From assembly GCA_964512835.1 (NCBI GenBank), contig CAZELA010000001.1:41372-105371 (forward strand): a stretch of DNA of 64,000 nt, in the 5' to 3' direction. The translations under genes and the position numbers were made by a program. Of this stretch, positions 51,301 to 60,300 are shown piece after piece. Each line of letters starts with the position of its first letter. Within the stretch, counting starts at the first letter, position 1. Source of the stretch: an uncultured Candidatus Saccharibacteria bacterium. GTDB taxonomy: Bacteria; Patescibacteriota; Minisyncoccia; Phycocordibacterales; UBA2100. The notes under the pieces were generated by a model. It was not told the origin of the DNA, did no database searches, and saw only the letters and a list, made by a program, of their open reading frames with translations.

Positions 51301-54300
51301 GCTTCCGGGCACTGGAATACAATACAACCGGTGATTTTAATGTTGCTGTAGGTAACGAAGCGCTCGGTGTGGTAACTACCGGTTCAAATAACATTGGAGT
51401 CGGCTTTAATGCGGGCGGGGCAATTACAACGGGTGGAGATAACGTTGTAGTCAGTTTCAACGGAGGGGTAACAGGCATTACTACCGGATCGTTCAACACG
51501 GTTCTTGGAAACTCCGCAGCTAATTCGATGTCTGCTGGCGGTAGTAACGTGGCAGTCGGTTATCAGGCGCTGTATGCTTCGGCAAACTCAAGTTCATCTG
51601 TTGCGGTTGGTCGCGCAGCAGGCGGCAACAACTCAGCAGCAAGCAGTACAACGTACATCGGATATCGCGCGGGTGTCGGTACGGGCGCCCATACTTCACA
51701 AGGATCCGTGGCATTTGGTGCCCTCGCAGGAGCAAGCTTTGCCACAGGTTCTGATTTCAATACGTTGTTGGGCTTCGGTGCAGGGTCGGCGATTACAGGT
51801 GGAGCTCGTAATATCTTGCTTGGTGCGTCAGAAACTGCGAGTAACCTAACAACCGGATATGAGAACATAGGGATCGGTAGTAATATTTTCTTCCCGACTG
51901 CTTCTTCGAATCTCCACCTCAACATCGGGAACCTTATCCTCGGTACGCTCCCGGCTACCACAACCGGCTGGAAGCTCCCAACAACGGGTACCATCGGCAT
52001 CGGCACCACGTCGCCGACCGCGCGATTCGGCATTGCGCTCAACAACGGCGGAACGCTTACCACAGCCTTCCAAATCTCATCATCAACCGCAAACGCAACC
52101 ACCACGCTTTTCTCCATCGGAAACACCGGCTCAACGACTGCGGCCAACGGCTTCAACATCACCGCCGGCTGCTTTGCAATCAACGGCACGTGCTTGAGCA
52201 CGGGCGCAGACGGCACGTTCTCCACGACCTCCGCCTCGTACTTCTCGTCACTCGGTCTTGCATACTCCACCACCTCGACACTCGCCGATCTCACGACCTA
52301 CAACAAAGGATTCTTCTTCTCCACGACCTCCGCCTCTGCCTTTGCAGCAAACGGTCTCGCATTCTCGACAACATCGGTTGCATACCAGCTCACACAAACA
52401 CCGGTCTTCACCAACGGCTTCACGGCGTTCGCAAGCTCGACCGTGGGCGGTGGCACAGCAATAAGTGGCCTCACGATCTCCGGAGGTGCAACAACAACGG
52501 GGAACGCGTACTTCGGCGGAAATATCGGAGTGGGTACCACGTCACCGTTCTCACTCTTCGCCCTTTCTGCAAACAACGGCACCAACTACCCGGGTAACAA
52601 CCTGTTCGTTATTTCTTCCTCGACATCAAACAGTACGGTCAATCATTTTGCAATTGATAACGTCGGTCGTGTGACTGTGGGCACGAATGTCGGTTCGACA
52701 ACAGGTCAGTTCGCCGTAATGGCGGGTGCGACAACAATACAGTTCGCAAGTACCATTTCCACTGGTCTCAATACCCCGTATTCCGTTTCCGTCCAAGGTC
52801 GATATGCATACGTCGCGAACAATGGCAACAACACGCTCGTTACCTTCGATGTCTCCAATCCTGCCACACCGGTGCAAGTATCAAGTGTGACCGCAGGGAT
52901 CAGCAGCCCAGTATTCGTATCTGCCCAAGGCCGATACGCATACGTTGTGAATAACGGCAATAACGCTATCGTCACGTACGACATTTCCAACCCTGCCGCT
53001 CCGGTACAAATCGCGAGTATCACAACCGGTCTAAGCGTTCCAACCGCCGCCGCTATCCAAGGACGCTATTTATATGTTTCGAGCTTCTCAAACAACGCTC
53101 TCGTTATCTTCGACATTTCCAACCCTGCCGCTCCGGTACAAATCGCGAGCATTACAAGTGGGCTCAGTAATCCGCGATCAGTCACGGTTCAAGGCCGATA
53201 TGCCTATGTAAACAGTGGTGGAAACAGCGCACTCGTCATCTTCGACATCTCCAATCCAGTTTCACCGATATTCGTCTCAAGCATCACAACAGGTCTCAAT
53301 ACCCCGTACTACACAGTTTCAGTGCAAGGCCGATATGCTTATGTCGTGAGCAATGGCAACAATGCGCTCGTTATTTTCGACGTTTCGAATCCCGTGTCAC
53401 CGGTACAAGTCTCTAGCATCACCGGCAATCTCAACGGCCCGCGTGCGGCGAGTGTCCAAGGCCGATATGCATATGTTGCGAGCGGCAACAACAACGCCCT
53501 CGTTACCTTCGATATCTCTAATCCTACTGTTCCTGTACAGGTCTCGACGGTGACGACAGGTCTCAGTGGTCCTCGCGCTATCACAGTTCAGGGCAGATAC
53601 GCATACGTTGCAAGCGGTGGCAACAGCTCACTCGTCACCTTCGACCTCGGCGGCGCCTACATTCAGCAACTTGAAACCGGTGGTCTCGAAACAGGTACGC
53701 TCGCGGTGCGCAACGGAATTCAGGCGATGGATGCAACGTTATGGGGATCGCTCATAGTCGGCCGTTCGCTCAACGTAGGCGGTACCGGTACGTTCCTCAC
53801 CTACAACTACAGCGCAACCTCATCGAACCCGAATGCTGCATCCTCGACAGCACTCTCAGCAACCGGCATCGATTCCAACACAGCTGGCATTTCGGATGTC
53901 TTGTCAGTCACGCACTACTCCACATCCACTTCCGTCGCGGGCACTGGCACCGGATTGCTCTTCAATGACACAACACTCTGCTCGCTTGCGAATTGCGTAA
54001 ACTCCACCACCACTGCAACATCAACCGCACGCATCGCATCCGTACTCACCAATGTATCCACGACTTCACCGACCTCCGATCTCGCGTTCTTCACCAAGAA
54101 CTCTGCAAACGGACTCAACGAGTGGCTTCGCCTCACGTCTGCAGGTAGCCTCGGACTCGGCACATCAACACCGACCGCAAAATTCTCGATCTTCAATCAG
54201 TTCGGAGGCACGAGCGCGACACTCTTCTCAATCGCATCCTCCACGAACGTTGCAGGTAGCACCAACACATCATTCCTCTCTGTCTCATCCACAGGCTTTG

Positions 54301-57300
54301 GTACCACCACACTCTCTGGCTTGAACATCGCAGGCTCAGCAACATCGACATCAAATGTAGGCTTCAACATCACTTCCGGCTGCTACGCAGTAAACGGCAC
54401 GTGTCTCACGGCGGGAGGCAGCTCCGCATCCTCTACACTCCTCGCAGACTTCAATACATTCACAAACAGTCAGCAATTTAAGGGCGGACTTCTCTCGTTC
54501 GCGTCCAGCACAATCGGTAACGGCACTGCGACGGATGGACTCACCATCTCCGGTGGTGCGACCACAACAGGGAATGCGTACTTCGGCGGCATCATCGGTT
54601 TGAACCCACTTCTCAGCGCGTCTTCGACCATCTTTAGTTTGGGCGGCCGCGCGTTCCTCTCTGGTACTACATCGTCAGTTGCAAATACATCCGGCGGGAA
54701 TACATTCCTCGGCCTTGATTCAGGCAGCAATATCACAAAGGGCTTCCAAAACACTGCGCTCGGATATCAGGCACTTCAGTTTGCCACCTCGACGTCGGAC
54801 AACGTTGCAATCGGCTACGAGGCGCTCAGTGGCAGCAGTTTGAGCGGTGGCGGTAACGTCGCCATCGGTACATCTGTGCTCGCGGCTAACACCACCGGTG
54901 TTTCCAACGTAGGGTTGGGATCTGCAGCGCTACTCGGGAATACGATCGGGTCATACAACTTCGCATTGGGCGCGCAGACATTGCAGAACAACGTAAACGG
55001 TTTTGATAACCAGGCGATCGGTAACTTCAACATGTTCTCGAACGTGTCCGGAAGCTCGAACCTCTCGATGGGTTCTGCGGCGCTCAGCGCAAGCGTAACC
55101 GGAAATAACAACGTTGCGCTCGGATTTGGTGCGTCAGACAACAACCGTTCGGCTACGAGTACCATCGCAATCGGTTCAAATGCTGCCGCAGGACCGGTGT
55201 CGTACTTCAACCAGGGCGGCACAGTAATTGGATATCAGGCGGGCTTTAGCTTCGCCACGAGCTCCGACTTCAACACATTGATTGGATATCAAGCGGGCTA
55301 TGGGATAACCAACGGCAGCAACAACATCGTGATTGGCACCGCAACATCGTCGACTGGTGTAAACAACATCACCAGCGGATCGCAAAACATCCTCATCGGA
55401 AACAACATCGGACTCCCGTCAGCGACCGCCAATGGCCAGCTTAATATCGGTAATACAATCTTCGGAACGGGCCATACAAACACGGGCACCACACTCTCGG
55501 TCGGGAACATCGGCATCGGCACAAGTTCGCCGCTGTCTGCACTATCTCTTCAGAAAAACTTTGGTGCTACTACCACAAATCTCTTCTCCATTGCTTCATC
55601 AACAAACGCCGCGGGTACTACCAACACATCCATCTTCTCCATCGGCAACACCGGCTCCACCACCATTGCAAACGGCGTAAACATTACCGCGGGCTGCTAC
55701 GCAGTCAACGGCACCTGTCTCTCGATTGGTGGTAGCTCTGCGTCATCGACACTCCTCGCAGACTTCAATACCTTCACAAACAGCCAGCAATTTAACGGCG
55801 GACTCCTCTCGTTCGCGTCCACCACTATCGGCAACGGCTCTGCAATCGGAGGCCTTACGATCTCAGGTGGTGCGACGACGACGGGACTCTCAATTCTTCA
55901 GGGAGGTATCTTCTCACTTGCGTCATCAACTATCGGTGCAGGTGGTGCAACAACGGGGCTCACTATCTTTGGTGGAGCCACAACCACCGGCAATGCCTAC
56001 TTCGGCGGTCTGCTGAGTGTCGGCTCGACGACGCCGTTTGCAAAACTCGCACTTAGCCTTACCAGCACCGAAACAAATGCAAACGCACTCTTGATCGCCT
56101 CGTCAACGGCAAACATTTTCAGCGTAAATAACAGGGGCCAGGTCGGCATCGGTGGCACCACCGCTACGTCGTCGATTGCACAGTTCTCGATCTTCCCGTC
56201 GGCAGGCAGCAGCACAATTCAGCGTATTGCATCGACCACATTGTCACAGGCAGCGTTCGATATCGTGGTCCAGGGCCGATATGCATATATTCCAATCAAC
56301 GCGGGCGCAGCGTTCGAGATCTGGGATGTATCGAATCCGGAAAATCCGGTTCGCATGTCTCAAACGAGCACGAGCAACAATCTTCAGGGAATTGCCGTGC
56401 AGGGCAACTACGCATACACGTCGGGTACTACCGCAGCAAATGGCCTCCAGGTGTGGGATATCTCGAATCCGCGCTCACCGATCTTGCTTGCAACAAAGAC
56501 CACAAATGCTGCTGTTGTGGGGATTGCCACCCAGGGGAACTACGTATACTTGGCTGATTTCAATGGAGGCTCGAACATCGCAAATAACTTCGAGATCTGG
56601 GATGTCAGTGATGCGGACAATCCGGTACGCGTCGGCCAAGGATCACTTGCTTCAACTCCGCACGACGTGAAGGTAGTGGGTAAGTATGCATATTTCGTCG
56701 GCTACAATACCTCGAACAACTTCGAGATCTGGGACATTTCAAATCCGTCATCGCCCGCCCGCGTCTCGGCATCCGCTACGACTGTCGATTACTACACAGT
56801 CGATGTGCAGGGTAGGTACGCGTACCTCGCTAACTCGTTCTCCCCAACGTTTGAAATTTGGGATATCTCGAATCCTGTGTCTCCTGTGCGCATGAGTTCG
56901 CCTGTAACGAACATGCTCACGGTGCAGGTAAAGGCGGCAGGTCGCTATGCATACGTCCTTGGTGGTGCAAATTCTACAAACGCGCTTGAAGTATGGGATG
57001 TGTCCAGCACAACGGCTCCGTATCGCGTCACGCAGCAGTCGCTCTTTGGCGGATCGGGTCAGAACCTCGCAGTGTCGGGGCGCTATGCGTACACCGTGAG
57101 CAGTAACGCGACGCGCAACTTCGAAATCTGGGATCTCGGTGGAGCCTACATCCAGCAGCTCGAAGCTGGTGTGCTCGAGGCCGGACACTTGGTGCTGCGA
57201 AAGGATCTCGTAGCAGACAACGGTAAGTTCCTCACGGGCCTCACGGTGGGCAATGGTTTGAATGTGAACGGCACGCTGAGTCTTACTGCTTCAGCTGGTA

Positions 57301-60300
57301 ACGCGACCACGACAGCAAGTCAAGGCTTCTCGATCTTCTCGGTGCGCAGCGCATCATCGAGCGCGCCGTTCTTGAACGCGCTCTACAACGGTAATATCGG
57401 CATCGGTACCACGAGCCCGCTCTCGGCGCTCTCGATCCAGAAGAACTACGGTGCAACCACCACGAACCTGTTCTCCATCTCGTCGTCGACGATTGCCGGC
57501 GGCACCACGAACAGCGCACTGTTCACGATCAGCAACACCGGCTCCACTACTGCGGCCAACGGATTCAATATCACCGCAGGCTGCTTCGCGGTGAACGGCA
57601 CATGCTTGGGTAGCGGTAGCAGTGCATCGTCTACATTGCTCGCCGACTTCAACGTGTTTACCAATCGTCAGCAGTTCAATGGCGGACTGCTGGCGGCAGC
57701 GTCGAGCACTATCGGTGCGGGAGGTACAGGAACAGGACTCACGGTCTCTGGTGGTGCTACCACAACCGGCCTCTCGGTACTGCAGGGCGGTATCCTCTCG
57801 ATAGCATCGTCTACGATCGGCGCAGGTGGCGCCGGTACCGGCCTCACCATTTTTGGCAGCGCCACCACTACATCGAACAGCTACACGGGCGGTTTCATCG
57901 ACACGTCTGCCTCAGCGGGCGGGTTTAAGATGGGAGGAATTCTTCTCGGTTACGCTTCCAGTACAAATCTCGGGACGTTCTTCGGATATGCGGCAGGAGG
58001 CCAAAATGCCACAACAAGTAGTGCCGCGAATAATACATCAGCCTTCGGCTATCAGGCGTTGTCGGGCAATAACACAGGTGTGCAGAATACCGGAATCGGC
58101 GCCGGTGCTTTGAAGGCAAATACGACAGGCACCGTTAACACCGCCGTCGGTTATCAAGGAATGCTCTCGAACACGACAGGCGCAAATAATACGTCTGCAG
58201 GCGGCGGCTCACTACAGAAAAGCGTAACCGGCGGCAACAATGTCGCGATAGGATATCAGGCGTCTCAGAGCAACCTCTCTGCGACGAATACAGTGGCAAT
58301 TGGCGCAAATGCTGCCTGCGGCAACTTCTCCGGCGGGTGTTCAAACTATGATGCGGAGGGCTATACCGTGCTCGGATACAACGCCGGCGCAAACTTCTTG
58401 AGCGGAGCCGACTACAACACGCTTATCGGCTACCAGGCCGGTGCAACGATCACTTCAGGCTACTCGAACATCATCCTCGGAAGTAACAATGCTTCGAGTC
58501 CGTTTCTCGCAGGTAATTTGCTAGGCGGCAGCGGCAACATTGGCATCGGCAACAATACGTACTTTGCTAACGGCAGTGCAAATAATCAGCTCAATATCGG
58601 GGGGCTCGTGATGGGTACATTGCCTGCCACTTCATCAGCGTTTGCATTGCCGACATCCGGCACCATCGGTATCGGGACGACGTCGCCGACCGCTAAGTTC
58701 GGTATCGCGATCAATAATGGCGATACGCTCCAGACGCTCTTCCAGATTTCATCATCGACTTCGAACTCAACCACTACATTGTTCTCGATCAGCAACACCG
58801 GTTCTACGACGATCGCCGGAATCTTGAACGTGGGAAGCGCATCCACAACGAATGTCTCTGCAACGAATGTATATACAAGCGCCCTCACGCTATCGAGTGT
58901 TGGCACGTGCAGTGGCGGCAGTGCGCTCCAGTCAACCGGCGGTGTCGTATCGTGCGGCGCAGTAACGATCTCCGGTGCTTCTGCCGGCGGCGGCTGGGTA
59001 GCGTCGAATAGCAAGATCATTCAGGCGACCTCGTCGGTACTCGTGGCAATGGGTGCAGCAACATCGACGCCCTATGCGCAGCTCACCGTCACATCCGGCG
59101 CGACAGCAACGACGACACTCGCGCTTCTTGCGGCGAGTGGTCAGACCTCGGATATCCTGCACATGTACAACAGCTCAGGCATCCTCTCCACAGTATTCAA
59201 TGCGGCAGGTCTCCTTGGTATCGGTACGTCAACGCCATTCGCAGACATCTCGATTCAGAACAACTATGGTTCTGTGGGAACCGTGTTCGAAATCGCGTCA
59301 TCCACGAACACTGCAGGCACAGCGACTGCGTCAATGTTCAGTGTCATGAGCAACGGCAATGTTGGTATCGGTACAAGCTCGCCGTGGGCAAAGTTGTCGG
59401 TCATCAGTAATGCTGCGAGCAACGAATATAGCCCGCTCTTCGTGGTTGCGACGTCATCGACGTGGAATAACGGCGGTCAATCACCGATTATCTACGCCTT
59501 TGCGACGACCACTGGCGCTCTCGACTTCGCGCGCGTCGCGATTGGCACCTCGACCGGATGGGGATCGGCGGGCATTCTTGATCAGTTGACCGTCGCAGGG
59601 CGTATCTACAGCACCTGGAAATATGCCTCCTGTGATTTCCCCGTGATGTCACAGGTAGCAGCGCTCACGGCGAATACACTTAACTTCTGCGGTCCGTTCG
59701 CATTCACTATCACCGGTACTACGGGCGGTACAACGATCGCGCCCGCTGCGGGCCAGGCGTGGAATCCGGGACAAGTCATACTCTCCACTGGTGCATCAGG
59801 AACTTCAGGCGCGGGAGCTTCGGTGCGATCAGTTGTACCGATTGCTGCGGCGACGTCGAGTCCTGTTATCGAGGCGGTTGTTCGACCCGACATGACCAAT
59901 GCAACATCGTCGATGCTGCTGATCGGTTTCAACGGGCAGTATAGCTCCGGACCCACTATCGGCTCTGAACCCAGCACGTTCGTCGGTTTCGTTGCTTCGA
60001 CGACTAACGCGAACTGGTTTGCCCTGGTACGAAATGGAGGGAACCGAACCACTCCCGTTGATACCGGATTCGCGTCAACGACGAATGTCACGGGGCTTTC
60101 AGCGGCGCGGCGAATGCGCGTCGAAGTGACGCCCTCGGAGGCACGCTTCCTTATAAATGGTAATGTGGTTGCGCGAATAACAACAAACATTCCGTCCGCG
60201 GATCTTGCACCGCATATGTCCATCGCGAACGCGATAAAGTCAGGTGGCCTCCGAATGACTCCTAACGTGGCAAAACTTGGCCTCAGTCAGATACGTGTAT

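Larger units (their letters stand above)
41150..52400 (+). repeat. Arrays of in-frame ~48-nt (16-aa) 'G(L/F)xFSTTSAxYWxxxx' coding repeats, >100 copies in ~9 arrays
   Basis: Directly visible periodicity, e.g. NITAFSTTSADYWKTQ / NNFHSTTSFAYDLSTY / GLAYSTTSADFWLSTK / SLSAFSTTSADFWQTQ. Arrays at ~41.15-42.72, 43.32-43.96, 44.44-44.90, 46.66-47.46, 47.88-48.20, 49.34-49.76, 50.16-50.36, 50.70-50.96 and 52.21-52.39 kb. Confidence 0.8.

Noticed and set aside
41150-52400. Possibility that the regular ~48-nt repeats represent a CRISPR array or non-coding satellite
   Set aside because: Repeats are in frame within a continuous ORF, are degenerate at the nucleotide level while conserved at the amino-acid level, and have no spacer/repeat alternation of fixed length.
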